Below, piece by piece: positions 20,428-30,971 of a DNA stretch of 64,000 bases; the first letter of the stretch is position 1; every line of letters begins with the position of its first letter. A program made the translations under genes and the position numbers. The stretch spans positions 18,626 through 82,625 of the forward strand of contig JAFSRY010000036.1 in the NCBI GenBank assembly GCA_017445845.1, given 5' to 3'. The notes beneath the pieces are model-generated. The model worked only from the letters and a program-made list of their open reading frames with translations, ran no database searches and was not told the origin of the DNA. Origin of the DNA: Prevotella sp. GTDB lineage: Bacteria; Bacteroidota; Bacteroidia; Bacteroidales; Bacteroidaceae.

Positions 20428-22617
20428 CTAACGTGCTCCTAACTCGGATGGGCTGATGCCGAATTCGTCTTTGAAGCATTTGGTGAAGTAGCTGGGTGCC
20501 GTGAATCCTACCTCGTACGCTACTTCGGAAATGGATTTGCCCGTTGTTTCCAACAGTTTGCGGCCGCGGTTCAGACGGGCCTTGCGCAGCAGTTCAACGG
20601 GCGATGAACCGGTGAGAGCCTTGATTTTTCGGTAGAGCTGGACACGCGAAAGGTTCATCTCGGCACTGAGGGCTTCAACACTGAACTCGCTGTCGGTAAG
20701 GCGCCCTTCGATTGCTTTCCTGAACTTCTCGATGAACTCCTGGTCGTGAATAGAAAGGGTTTCCTCCCCTCTTGGTGTGGGTTGTGACGGGGTTGCGGGT
20801 TCCAAACTGTCTTGTTTTCCCTTGAACAGGTTGCGGAGCTGACGGCGGTTGCGCAGCAGGTTGTCGACACGAGCCAACAGCACATCGGCCGAGAAGGGCT
20901 TCGTCAGATAGGCATCGGCTCCGCTTTGATAGCCCTCTATCTGATGTTTGCTGAGGGCGCGGGCAGTGAGGAGGACAACGGGAATGTGGCTCGTGACCGT
21001 ATCGTTCTTGACGCGTTGGCAGAATTCAAGTCCGTTCATGACGGGCATCATCACGTCGCTGACGATGATGTCGGGCACCTCCTGCCGGGCTTGTTGCAGT
21101 CCGTGTTCGCCGTTGTCGGCTTCGAGCACGATATATCGGTTTTCAAGGATTTTTCGCAGATAGGTCAGGATGTCGGCATTGTCATCGACGATGAGGATGG
21201 TGGGTCGCTCGGCGTTCTCGTTGGCATCGGCCGTCGGTTCAGCAGTGGGCAGCTCACTATCGGCCATTGTGTCGTCGGTGGCTTGTGGAGTCTCGTGGGT
21301 TTCAGCCTTCAGGATTTTGTTGACAAGTGATGTCAACTGTTGGGCGTTGCGGCGGACGATGTCGAACAGATGTTTCGTCTCGTTCGAGGCATCCGTCATC
21401 TCCGTGGTGGCAGCGAGTTGTGAGAGCGGACCTTCGATGAGGGTGAGGGGTGTGCGCAGTTGGTGGCTCACGGTGGTGTAGAAGTCGAGTTGCTGGCGTT
21501 CCATCTGTCGGCGTTCCTTGTCGATGCGTGTCCGCTGTCGCGTGTATATATATATAATAAAGACGACACCCAGCAACAGTAGGACCGAGCCGACAGAGAG
21601 AATGGTGATGACGCGCTGTGTGCCGAGTTGGCTCAGATATAGGTTTGACTGTTCGCTCAGACGGTCGATGTAGTTGCTCTGCCGTTTGGTCTCCTCACTC
21701 TGCATGAACAGCACGTTGGCGTTGTCACGAGTGACGAGCGCCGACTGCAGCTTCGTCTCCTTCTCATAGGGCTCTCCTTTGAGAATGTTGATGGCGAGGT
21801 CGAGCAACTGGTCGCCGTGGGTGGGATAGAGATAGGACGCATCGAGAATGCCGTCGCGTACCAGCTGTATGCCGCCACCTTCACCTGGCAGACCGTCGAT
21901 GCCGCAGAAATGAGGCAGTGGCTGGATGCCAGCTTCCATCAACGCCCTTCTGACACCCATCGCCATACGGTCGTTCTGGGCGAAGACAAAGTCTATCCGG
22001 GTATTGGCGGAGAGCCAGCCTCGGGTAGCTTCATAGGCACTCTCCTCCGTCCAATCGCCCTGCAGGGTGGCTGCAAGTTGTATGTCGGGATGACGACCTG
22101 TGGCATCGGCAAAGCCATTGTGACGTTCGATGGCGGGCGACGACCCTTTCAGTCCCATGATTTCCAGTACCCGCCCCTTACCGTTGAGGCGCGAGGCGAT
22201 GTATTCGCCCATCAGACGTCCCATCTCGTAGTTGTCGGTGCCGATATAGGCGGTATACTTCTGCGAGTCGGTCTTTCGCTCAAACACGATGACGGGGATG
22301 CCTTGGTCGTAGGCACGGTCGATGGCAGGGTTGATGGTGTTCACCTGGTTGGGTGCCACAATGAGCAGGTCGATGCCGCCGGCGACAAGGCTGTCAATCT
22401 GTTGTCGTTGCCGTTCGTCGCTGTCGAGGGCCGAGGTAAACCGCAGCTCCACGTCGTCGTGGAAGTAGGTCCCCATGCGCATTTCACGGTTCTGTTTCTC
22501 GCGCCAGATGTCTTCTGAGCATTGGCTCACACCAATGACATATTGCTTTCGCTGCTGATGGCACGATGAGGTCAGTAGGCTTAATAGCAGGATTATGTAT
22601 AAGGCTTGTTTTTCCAT
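20428..22617 (-). CDS. Hybrid two-component regulator with periplasmic sugar-binding domain (BT1754-like), lacking HATPase_c
   Basis: PBP domain, TM helix, SHQLRTPL, receiver (IVDDN...SDVMMP...KPF), AraC HTH. Confidence 0.9.
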   Translation of the reverse strand: MEKQALYIILLLSLLTSSCHQQRKQYVIGVSQCSEDIWREKQNREMRMGTYFHDDVELRFTSALDSDERQRQQIDSLVAGGIDLLIVAPNQVNTINPAIDRAYDQGIPVIVFERKTDSQKYTAYIGTDNYEMGRLMGEYIASRLNGKGRVLEIMGLKGSSPAIERHNGFADATGRHPDIQLAATLQGDWTEESAYEATRGWLSANTRIDFVFAQNDRMAMGVRRALMEAGIQPLPHFCGIDGLPGEGGGIQLVRDGILDASYLYPTHGDQLLDLAINILKGEPYEKETKLQSALVTRDNANVLFMQSEETKRQSNYIDRLSEQSNLYLSQLGTQRVITILSVGSVLLLLGVVFIIYIYTRQRTRIDKERRQMERQQLDFYTTVSHQLRTPLTLIEGPLSQLAATTEMTDASNETKHLFDIVRRNAQQLTSLVNKILKAETHETPQATDDTMADSELPTAEPTADANENAERPTILIVDDNADILTYLRKILENRYIVLEADNGEHGLQQARQEVPDIIVSDVMMPVMNGLEFCQRVKNDTVTSHIPVVLLTARALSKHQIEGYQSGADAYLTKPFSADVLLARVDNLLRNRRQLRNLFKGKQDSLEPATPSQPTPRGEETLSIHDQEFIEKFRKAIEGRLTDSEFSVEALSAEMNLSRVQLYRKIKALTGSSPVELLRKARLNRGRKLLETTGKSISEVAYEVGFTAPSYFTKCFKDEFGISPSELGAR

Positions 22618-22738
22618 ATATGGTAGGCTCGAAACATTTTATTTTCGCTGCAAAGATAAATAAAAAATAAGTAAAAATCAAAGAAAGGTTGACAAAAAAA
22701 TAATATTTCTTGGATAATATTTCTCATTTCTCATTTTT

Positions 22739-22855
22739 CATTTCTCATTTTATTTTGTACCTTTTGATAAGATACTCTCGTTCTGCAAAACTAAAAAAAT
22801 CATAAACAAGTTTCTGATTTTTTGTTTTGCGCTCACTTATTCGTACCTTTGCACC
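22739..22855 (+). repeat. ~115-bp dispersed promoter-bearing repeat, copy 1
   Basis: Nearly identical to the reverse complement of 47908..48023; ends in tacctttgc. Confidence 0.85.
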
Positions 22856-23025
22856 GCAATTGGTTCACTCGTATGCAGTGATGAAAAGGGAATGGGGTGA
22901 GAATCCCCAACTGTCCCGCAGCTGTGAGCAGCCGATTATGAGGGGCCGAACAGGTGCCACTGACCAAGATACTGATGTCGGGAAGGCGCTCGGTCTCGGG
23001 CTGCAAAGTCAGAAGACCTGCCGTT
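22855..23025 (+). ncRNA. Cobalamin riboswitch
   Basis: AAAAGGGAA..GGTGAGAATCC..ACTGTCCCGCAGCTGT, GCCACTG, GGGAAGG and AGTCAGAAGACCTGCC; upstream of a btuB-like gene. Confidence 0.93.
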
Positions 23026-23085
23026 GCCGTTTGTGTCGCTCTGTCCTCGTGGATTGGGACGGAAGACGAGTATTGAAGTTGGCTT

Positions 23086-25104
23086 ATGACGGTGCGATTG
23101 AGCTTCATGAGACATGAGTTTCTGATCATGGCAGCTGTGTTGACGATGGTGTCCGTGCTGAAAGGGCGGGCACAGACTGATGTTGACACCCTTGCACATC
23201 GGATGTTGGACGATGTGGAGGTGACGGCTCATGCCCCTTCGCATAGTGTCACCTCGGCGATGCCCACCCGTGAGATCAGCCGTGAGCGGATGCGACGGCT
23301 GGGCCTGACGGCTCTGCCCGATGCCCTGCGCCAGCTGGCAGGCGTTGCCGTGCGCGACTATGGCGGCATTGGTGGCATGAAGACGGTGTCGGTGCGAAAC
23401 CTCGGAGCCCATCATACGGCGTTCAGCTACGATGGCATCGTCGTCGGCAACACTCAAGCCGGACAGATTGACCTTTCCCACTACCAGCTTGACAACGTCA
23501 GCCGGCTGAGCTTCGCCGTAGGACAAGAGACCTCGCTCTTACAGTCGGCGCGCCACTATGCCTCGGCAGGTGTGGTGAGCGTGGTGACCGACGAGGAACC
23601 CTCACCCCTGCGGGTGTCGCTGCGAGGCGGCGCATTCGGTTATGTCAGTCCGCGAGTGCGCTGCCACCGCCGTCTGTCCGATGCGACAGCGCTAACCCTC
23701 GACGGTGCTTTCCTGCGTGCCGACGGCAGCTATCCCTTCACCCTCCGTAATGGCCGATTCACCACCCGCGAACAGCGTCAGGGATCGGATGTGACGGTAT
23801 GGCAGGGCGAAGCCAATCTGCGTCATCACTTTGCCGACGGAGGCCGGCTGCATGTAAAGGCGCAGGGGCACCATTCGGAACGCGGACTGCCCGGTAGTGT
23901 CGTCCTCTATAACCCCAACAACCGCGAACGCATGTGGGATGAGAATTTCGCCTTCCAAGCCCTCTATATACGGGAGTTGGGAGCTAACCCTCAACCTTCG
24001 GCCTTCAACTCTCAAACCCCTTGGTCGTTGGCGGTGCGCATGAGATACGACCACTCGTGGAGTCACTATGACGACATCAATGTGAAATATGCCGACGGGC
24101 GGCAGACCGACCTCAACAGCCAGTCGGAATACTACACCTCAGCCACTCTGGCCTGGCAACCTCGGAAGTCGTTAGGCATGGCCCTCGCAGAGGATGTCAT
24201 CTACAACACCCTCCGAAACAATATCTATGACGGTGTGCGGCCCCATCGACTGACCTCGCTGACGGCCCTCACTGCCTTTGGTAAGTGGGACCGCCTGACA
24301 GCCAATGCTTCCCTGATGGCAACAAGAAGCCACCGCAGTCCCCAGGATGCTTACGAGGGACATTGGGGCACTTCATGTGGTCTTCTGTTTAGGATGGGTG
24401 GGGGAGCTTCCCTTCGGGCGATGATGAAGCAGACGTTTCGGCTGCCCTCGTTCAACGACCTCTACTACCGTCGCTTCGGCAATGTCAACCTGCGACCCGA
24501 AAAAGCTGCGATGTATGGCGTCGGCATCACCTGGAGCGGCAGTATATATAGAAATGTATATGTAGAAACAACCGTCGACGGCTACTACAATCACGTCCGT
24601 GACAAGATAGTGGCCTTTCCCACCACCTACGTCTGGCGCATGATGAACCTCGGGCGCGTCGACATCACAGGGTTAGATGCCACTCTGGAGGCGCAGTGGT
24701 CGCCCGTCAGCCGTTGGTCCGTCGACATCACCGCTGCCTACACGTTGCAACAAGCCGTCGACAAAACCGACCGCCGACAGTCCTTCTACGGACAGCAAAT
24801 ACCTTATACGCCCCGCCATAGCGGGACAGCATCGGCCGTCGTCAGCACGCCGTGGGTGGACATCGGATACAGCTTGCAGGCTTGCGGCGAGCGTTACAGC
24901 GCTCTCTTGCACAATGCCGATGCACGCATGAAACCCTATGCCGAACACAACGTGACGCTCTCGCGGAGCTTCAGGCTGCGACGCTGCCAACTCGCCCTCT
25001 CGGCAAGTCTGATGAACCTTACCGACGAACAGTTCGACATCATCCAGTTCTACCCGATGCCCGGGCGACACTGGCAGGCAGGAGTGGTGATGTCTTTTGA
25101 CTAA
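23086..25104 (+). CDS. btuB: TonB-dependent vitamin B12 receptor
   Basis: Plug motif DYGGIGGMKTVSVR, FRLPSFNDLY, YPMPGR; downstream of the B12 riboswitch. Confidence 0.85.
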   Translation: MTVRLSFMRHEFLIMAAVLTMVSVLKGRAQTDVDTLAHRMLDDVEVTAHAPSHSVTSAMPTREISRERMRRLGLTALPDALRQLAGVAVRDYGGIGGMKTVSVRNLGAHHTAFSYDGIVVGNTQAGQIDLSHYQLDNVSRLSFAVGQETSLLQSARHYASAGVVSVVTDEEPSPLRVSLRGGAFGYVSPRVRCHRRLSDATALTLDGAFLRADGSYPFTLRNGRFTTREQRQGSDVTVWQGEANLRHHFADGGRLHVKAQGHHSERGLPGSVVLYNPNNRERMWDENFAFQALYIRELGANPQPSAFNSQTPWSLAVRMRYDHSWSHYDDINVKYADGRQTDLNSQSEYYTSATLAWQPRKSLGMALAEDVIYNTLRNNIYDGVRPHRLTSLTALTAFGKWDRLTANASLMATRSHRSPQDAYEGHWGTSCGLLFRMGGGASLRAMMKQTFRLPSFNDLYYRRFGNVNLRPEKAAMYGVGITWSGSIYRNVYVETTVDGYYNHVRDKIVAFPTTYVWRMMNLGRVDITGLDATLEAQWSPVSRWSVDITAAYTLQQAVDKTDRRQSFYGQQIPYTPRHSGTASAVVSTPWVDIGYSLQACGERYSALLHNADARMKPYAEHNVTLSRSFRLRRCQLALSASLMNLTDEQFDIIQFYPMPGRHWQAGVVMSFD

Positions 25105-25242
25105 TTCAACTTCTTTAACTTCAACAAATTGAGCGAATACGAAATTTTAGTAACTGATTGATAATGTTGATAATGGAGAATGAGGGTGACCCCTGCCGGC
25201 GATATACTAACTGAAAAAGTCAAACTTTTAATAAATAAGGAA

Positions 25243-26331
25243 ATGAAAGTAAGAAGTATTCTTTATGCCACACTTTGTGGCTTGTTAGTGACAACGGGCT
25301 TTACGGCCTGCAGTGATGACGACGATAATGACGACAGCTGGAAGGAAGGCTCTAAGGTGGAACTGCCACAGTATCGTGCCTTCATCCTCTGCGAAGGTAT
25401 GCAGAAGCAGAACAATTCGCATCTGTTCTTCTACGACCCCACGGAGCAGAAGCTGATGACCGATGACATCTACGAGTTGCAGAACGGACGGAAACTCGGC
25501 GACACCGCGAACGACATCATCACAGCCAACGGCGACATCTACATCGTTGTCAACGTCTCGCAACTCCTCCTGCGTCTCAACGGCTCGGGGGTGGAGCAGG
25601 CTCGCTACGACCGCTTCGATGCAGACGGACTCGGTGAACCCCGCAATGCCGTCGTTGCTGATGGAAAACTCTTTGTCACCTGCTATGGCGGCTTCGTGGC
25701 ACGCTTCGACCTGAAGACGCTCGCCCTCGAGGCAAAGGTCACCGTCGATGCCAACCCTGAACAGATTGTTGAACTCGGCGACTCTCTCTACTGTGTGAAC
25801 TCCGGCTACGGAACAGGCCACACCTTGTCGGCCATCAACGTAAAGAAATTCGACAAGGCTGTGTCGCACGAGACGCTCTTCAACCCCTACGGGCTGCAGA
25901 AAGCCAACGGACGCCTCTATGTCTCTGCCTATGGTGCCGACTATAGCAATCCCGTCGGTATCTACGATGTGAAGACCACTGCCACGAAGAAAATCGGAAA
26001 TGCAGGCCGCGTGTTGGCATCGGGCGACCGACTCTACATGCTCAACTCTACATCGCCCGACTGGGTCACCTATACGACGACTTTCTCCGTCTATGATGCC
26101 ACCACTGAAGGCGTGTCTGCTTGGAATCTCAAGGGAGCTCCGGAGGCAATGACGACGGGAAAGGTGCCTTATTTCATGGAGGTAAACCCCGTCGACGGCT
26201 CGCTCTTCATCGGCTATACCGATTATTTCTCTGAGGGCACCGTCTATGTCTTCGATGCCAACGACAGCTACAAGGCCACCTTCACTGTGCCTGGCATCAA
26301 TCCCAATGGCATGGCATTCTTGGCGAGGTAG
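25243..26331 (+). CDS. BtuG-like beta-propeller surface lipoprotein
   Basis: Lipobox FTAC followed by acidic SDDDD, NGRKLGDTAND motif; follows btuB. Confidence 0.8.
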   Translation: MKVRSILYATLCGLLVTTGFTACSDDDDNDDSWKEGSKVELPQYRAFILCEGMQKQNNSHLFFYDPTEQKLMTDDIYELQNGRKLGDTANDIITANGDIYIVVNVSQLLLRLNGSGVEQARYDRFDADGLGEPRNAVVADGKLFVTCYGGFVARFDLKTLALEAKVTVDANPEQIVELGDSLYCVNSGYGTGHTLSAINVKKFDKAVSHETLFNPYGLQKANGRLYVSAYGADYSNPVGIYDVKTTATKKIGNAGRVLASGDRLYMLNSTSPDWVTYTTTFSVYDATTEGVSAWNLKGAPEAMTTGKVPYFMEVNPVDGSLFIGYTDYFSEGTVYVFDANDSYKATFTVPGINPNGMAFLAR

Positions 26332-26351
26332 GATGTTTTGATTTCTTTATA

Positions 26352-27476
26352 ATGAGCAAGCGGTCATTCATCATAACAAGCATCGTCGCAGCATTGCTGC
26401 TGGCAGTTCTTTGGAAGCTCCCAAGAAGTTCCCAAGAGTCCACCCCCCTGCCACTCACGAGTGAGGAGAGTAATTCCTCCCTCCTCACCATCACCCCTTG
26501 TGACCATTACTGGCAGGCTGACATCCGCGACCCTTGGAAGCAGGGGCGCACACTCCATCGCTACATCCTCGTCGATAGGAAAGACTCCACACAGGTGAAG
26601 GACCTGCCCGACGGCACCGTCGTCTATGTCCCCATCGAGCGCAGTGTTGTCTTCACCACTGCCCATTGTCAACTGCTTTGCTGGCTGGGAGCCCAGGATG
26701 CCATCACGGGTGTCTGTGACAAGAAATACATCCACATCCCCATCGTTCAGCAGACAGCCGTCGACTGTGGTGACGGTATGTTGCCGTCGATAGAGCGCAT
26801 CGTAGAGCTGCAGCCGCAAGCCCTCCTCGTGTCGCCCTTCGAAAACAGCGGTGGCTTCGGACCGTTGGAGAAAATCGGCATCCCCATCATCGAGACCGCC
26901 GACTACATGGAGACATCATCGCTCGGACGCGCAGAATGGATGCGCTTCTATGGTTTGCTCTATGGGCGGCAACGTCAGGCTGACTCGCTCTACCATGTCG
27001 TCGACAGCACTTATCATGCGCTGTGCCGACAGGCAGCAGCAATGCCACAAGGCCGTTCTGTGCTCACGGAACGCAAGACGGGCAGCACATGGTATGTGCC
27101 TGGCGGACAGAGCACCATCGGCACGATGCTCGCCGATGCCCATGCTGCCTATGCCTTTGCCGACGACAACCACAGCGGCTCGCTGCCCCTGTCGGTTGAG
27201 GAAGTGCTCGACAAGGCGGGACAGAGCGACCTTTGGCTCATCAAGAACAGTACGGGAAAGTCTATCACCCGCAACGACCTGCTGGCGGAATACCACGGCT
27301 ACAAAATGCTGAAAGCCTTCCGGAAGGGTGACGTCTACGTCTGCAACACCTCAGAGAGACCCTATTTCGAAGAGGTTTCCTTCCGTCCCGACTACCTCTT
27401 GCGCGAACTCATCCTCCTGTCGCATCCGGAATGCCTTCAGAACGACACCCTTCGCTATTACGAGTGCATGGAGTAA
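26352..27476 (+). CDS. B12/iron ABC substrate-binding protein (BtuF-like)
   Basis: ADYMETSSLGRAEW and WYVPGG motifs. Confidence 0.85.
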   Translation: MSKRSFIITSIVAALLLAVLWKLPRSSQESTPLPLTSEESNSSLLTITPCDHYWQADIRDPWKQGRTLHRYILVDRKDSTQVKDLPDGTVVYVPIERSVVFTTAHCQLLCWLGAQDAITGVCDKKYIHIPIVQQTAVDCGDGMLPSIERIVELQPQALLVSPFENSGGFGPLEKIGIPIIETADYMETSSLGRAEWMRFYGLLYGRQRQADSLYHVVDSTYHALCRQAAAMPQGRSVLTERKTGSTWYVPGGQSTIGTMLADAHAAYAFADDNHSGSLPLSVEEVLDKAGQSDLWLIKNSTGKSITRNDLLAEYHGYKMLKAFRKGDVYVCNTSERPYFEEVSFRPDYLLRELILLSHPECLQNDTLRYYECME

Positions 27477-27637
27477 ATAATTATGGCATTGTTTTGGACT
27501 TTTCTTCTTTCCTTAATTTTGCAGTGGGTTAATGTCCTTTAACCTCTTTGAATTCTTTAAATTCAACAAGGTGAGTAAAAACGGAACACACGAACAAGGA
27601 AAATGAATATTTTTGACAATGACTGCAACCATTTTTA

Positions 27638-27790
27638 TGACCAAAGGCTGGTCACGATGAGACCAGCCTTTGGTCACGATAAGACCAGCCTTTGGTCACA
27701 GTGAGACCAGCCTTTGGTCACGACGTGACCAGCAAGAGGTCATTTTTTTGGTCACGACGAGACCAATATCCGTTAACCATTTTGGTCACA
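27638..27790. repeat. 22-bp tandem repeat x4 plus degenerate copies
   Basis: tggtcacgatgagaccagcctt units at 27649, 27671, 27693, 27715; partial copies at 27749 and 27783. Confidence 0.88.
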
Positions 27791-27854
27791 TTGATAATTG
27801 TGAAACCCCTTTGTATAAAGGTGTTCCCGGAATGCGGGCGGTTTGTGGACAATA

Positions 27855-27895
27855 AAGAAAGCCCGACGTCAAGCGTGTTGACGTCGGGCTTTCTT
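27855..27895. terminator. Bidirectional terminator between btuF and pheS
   Basis: 18-bp stem aagaaagcccgacgtcaa / ttgacgtcgggctttctt. Confidence 0.8.
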
Positions 27896-27916
27896 ATGTT
27901 TGTTTTCAGCTGATTC

Positions 27917-28954
27917 TTATCGTGCGCTCTTGAACTCTTCGAGGAAGCGAATGTCGTTTTCGGAGAACAGGCGAAGGTCGCTGACGCGATATTTCAGATT
28001 GGCAATGCGCTCCACACCCATACCGAAGGCATAGCCGGTATAGACGCTGCTGTCGATGCCGCAGGCCTCCAGCACGTTGGGGTCTACCATGCCGCAGCCG
28101 AGGATTTCGAGCCATCCTTCACCCTTGCAGAGGGCACAGCCCTTGCCGCCGCAGATGGTGCAGCTGACATCCATCTCGGCCGAAGGCTCGGTGAAGGGGA
28201 AATAGCTGGGGCGCATACGTATCTTCGTGTCGGCACCAAACATCTCACGGGCAAACGTCAGCAGCACCTGCTTCAGGTCGGTGAACGATACGTTCTTGTC
28301 GATATAGAGGCCTTCCACCTGATGGAAGAAGCAGTGGGCACGGGCAGAGATGGCTTCGTTGCGATAGACGCGGCCGGGGCAGATGACGCGGATAGGAGGC
28401 TGGTGAGTCTCCATGTAGTGAGCCTGGTCGTTGGAGGTGTGTGAACGCAGGATGACGTTCTTCGCCACATCGTTCGGATAGGTCTCAATGAAAAAGGTGT
28501 CTTGCATGTCGCGAGCCGGGTGGTCGGCAGCGAAGTTCAGCTTCGTAAACACATGCAAGTCGTCGTCGATTTCAGGACCTTCGGCCAGGGTGAAGCCCAT
28601 TCGCGAGAAGATGTCGATAATCTGGTTCTTCACGATGGTCAGCGGATGGCGCGTGCCAAGGCGGACGGGATAGGGGGTACGTGTCAGGTCAAGGTCGTCC
28701 TGACTGTCGGTCTGGGTATCCACCTGTTCCTTCAGCTCGTTGATACGCTGCTGTGCCAGCTGCTTCAGTTCATTGATTTTGATGCCGACGACCTTTTTCT
28801 GGTCAGCGGCTACATTGCGGAAGTCAGCCATCAGCTGGGTGATTTCACCCTTCTTGCTGAGGTACTTCAGACGCAGTTGTTCTATTTCGTCGGCGTTCTG
28901 TGCCGTCAAGTTGCTCACTTCCTGGAGCAGGCTTTCAATCTTCTCGAGTATCAT
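27917..28954 (-). CDS. pheS: Phenylalanyl-tRNA synthetase alpha subunit
   Basis: HPARDMQDTF, FHQVEG, YFPFTEPS, GYAFGMGVER. Confidence 0.98.
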   Translation of the reverse strand: MILEKIESLLQEVSNLTAQNADEIEQLRLKYLSKKGEITQLMADFRNVAADQKKVVGIKINELKQLAQQRINELKEQVDTQTDSQDDLDLTRTPYPVRLGTRHPLTIVKNQIIDIFSRMGFTLAEGPEIDDDLHVFTKLNFAADHPARDMQDTFFIETYPNDVAKNVILRSHTSNDQAHYMETHQPPIRVICPGRVYRNEAISARAHCFFHQVEGLYIDKNVSFTDLKQVLLTFAREMFGADTKIRMRPSYFPFTEPSAEMDVSCTICGGKGCALCKGEGWLEILGCGMVDPNVLEACGIDSSVYTGYAFGMGVERIANLKYRVSDLRLFSENDIRFLEEFKSAR

Positions 28955-29090
28955 AATGATTAAAAATTTGACTGCAAAGGTAATAATTTTCTCTCAAAAA
29001 GGGGACATTATCGAAAAATAATTGTACTTTTGTGGGCAAAATAACTAAAAGGAAGGTAAAAAACAGGGAAAAGAAACCTTCACAGGTGAT

Positions 29091-29957
29091 ATGAAACTGA
29101 AGTCATATACTTTTTGTATGGTTTTCACGGCAGCATTACTGCTGGTCGGCTGTAAGAATGGCAGGCCGGCGTCTCCTTTCTCTGATGGGGAGGAGCGCCC
29201 GTCGGCTGAATTGCAGGATTCATCGTCGGTATTCTTTGGGGAAGACTTGTCGGAAACGGCTGAAGACGTGCCAATGCCACTGGCTGCCGACGAACTCTTC
29301 GATGACTTCTTCTTCAACTTTGCCGGAAACAGCCGCCTGCAGCGTCAGCGCATCCTCTTTCCCCTCAAGGTGACCGACGGCGACGGAAACATCATGCACC
29401 TGCAGCGAAACGAATGGAAGACCGACCCGTTCTTCATGGAACAGGACTTCTACACCCTTATCTTCGACACACCCCTGCAGGCGGAGGCTGCCAAAGACAC
29501 GAGCATCGTCCATGCTGTTGTAGAGCGTATCAATCTCGATGCCGACTTCGTATCGCAGTATGTCTTCGACCGGCAGCAGGGACGGTGGTTCCTCACCACC
29601 ATCCACCATGAGCCGCTCGCCGTGAACCACAACGCCTCCTTCCTCGAGTTCTATCAGCATTTCTCTACCGACAGCCTCTTTCAGGTGAACAGTCTGAATC
29701 CGCTCATCAACTTCACCGCCACCGACCCCGATGACGAATTCAATACCATCACAGGCACCATGGTCCCCTCGCAGTGGGAAGCCTTCCGACCGAGCGTCAT
29801 TCCCTCGGGAACCATCTATAACATCGTCTACGGCAATCTGTTACCCGAAGGTAGTGAAAAACTATTCGTCATTCATGGCATCGCCAACGAGATGGAAGCG
29901 CAGATGACTTTCCGTCGTCGGCATGGCGGGTGGAAACTGATGGGGTTCTCAAATTAA
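29091..29957 (+). CDS. DUF4348-like lipoprotein
   Basis: Lipobox LVGC; ADELFDDFFFNF...QRQRI.FPL duplicated domain. Confidence 0.7.
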   Translation: MKLKSYTFCMVFTAALLLVGCKNGRPASPFSDGEERPSAELQDSSSVFFGEDLSETAEDVPMPLAADELFDDFFFNFAGNSRLQRQRILFPLKVTDGDGNIMHLQRNEWKTDPFFMEQDFYTLIFDTPLQAEAAKDTSIVHAVVERINLDADFVSQYVFDRQQGRWFLTTIHHEPLAVNHNASFLEFYQHFSTDSLFQVNSLNPLINFTATDPDDEFNTITGTMVPSQWEAFRPSVIPSGTIYNIVYGNLLPEGSEKLFVIHGIANEMEAQMTFRRRHGGWKLMGFSN

Positions 29958-29966
29958 CAGCAAACA

Positions 29967-30971
29967 ATGGAGACTTTCTACAATAGCATCATCCCCAATA
30001 CCTTCGGCATCGAAGCGCGTTGCCGCAGGCTCTTTTTGTTCGCCTCCGAAGATGAGTTAACGGACATTCTGAAAAGCCTTAATCCTTCGGAACCCCTTCT
30101 CGTTATTGGGGCCGGCAGCAATCTTCTGCCTACTGGAGACTATGACGGAAGTATCCTGAAATCAACCATCAAAGGCATGGAGGTGCAGACCGACGGCGAT
30201 GATGTCTTCGTGCGATGTGGATCGGGATGGGAGTGGGATGCCGTCGTCAGCCTTTGCGTCGACAACGGATTCCATGGCTCTGAGAACCTGTCGCTCATAC
30301 CTGGCGATGTCGGTGCCTCTGCCGTTCAGAACATCGGTGCCTACGGAGTGGAAGCCAAGGATATCATCTGTCGCGTTGAAGCCATCGAAGTGGCAACAGG
30401 AAGGAAATATGTATTCTCTAATGCCGACTGCCAATATGCTTACCGATATAGTCGCTTCAAGGCCGACTGGCGAGGGCGCTTCGTCATTACCTACGTCACC
30501 TATCGGCTCAGCCGCACGTTCCTCCCTAAGCTCGATTACGGAAACATACGCAGCGCATTGGCGGCAAAAGGTTTCATCCATCCGACGGCAAAGGAGTTGC
30601 GCGAGACCATCATTGCCATCCGCCGTGCAAAACTTCCTGACCCAAAGGTGTTGGGCAACGGCGGAAGCTTCTTCATGAACCCCATCGTCAGCAGGTCTTT
30701 GTTTGAGTCGCTGGCAGCACGGTATCCTGCCATTCCTCATTACGATGTCGATGCCGACCGTGTGAAAATTCCAGCTGCATGGCTCATCGAACAGTGTGGC
30801 TGGAAAGGACGGTCGCTCGGAAGGGCAGGAGTCTACGAACGGCAACCCCTTGTCCTCGTCAACCTTGGAGGTGCCACAGGGCAGGAAGTGCTCGAACTCT
30901 GCCGGCAAATCCAACGCGACGTCAAAGAACGCTTTGGTATTGAAATCCATCCTGAAGTAAATATGATATGA
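29967..30971 (+). CDS. murB: UDP-N-acetylenolpyruvoylglucosamine reductase
   Basis: GAGSNLL, IPG.VGASAVQNIGAYG, GNGGSFFMNP, EVN. Confidence 0.97.
   Translation: METFYNSIIPNTFGIEARCRRLFLFASEDELTDILKSLNPSEPLLVIGAGSNLLPTGDYDGSILKSTIKGMEVQTDGDDVFVRCGSGWEWDAVVSLCVDNGFHGSENLSLIPGDVGASAVQNIGAYGVEAKDIICRVEAIEVATGRKYVFSNADCQYAYRYSRFKADWRGRFVITYVTYRLSRTFLPKLDYGNIRSALAAKGFIHPTAKELRETIIAIRRAKLPDPKVLGNGGSFFMNPIVSRSLFESLAARYPAIPHYDVDADRVKIPAAWLIEQCGWKGRSLGRAGVYERQPLVLVNLGGATGQEVLELCRQIQRDVKERFGIEIHPEVNMI

Noticed and set aside
22827-23189. Small ORFs across the btuB leader
   Set aside because: The region is explained by the cobalamin riboswitch.
27638-27790. 22-bp arrays (also 14042, 51719) as CRISPR arrays or plasmid iterons
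   Set aside because: Head-to-tail with no spacers, no rep gene, chromosomal housekeeping context.
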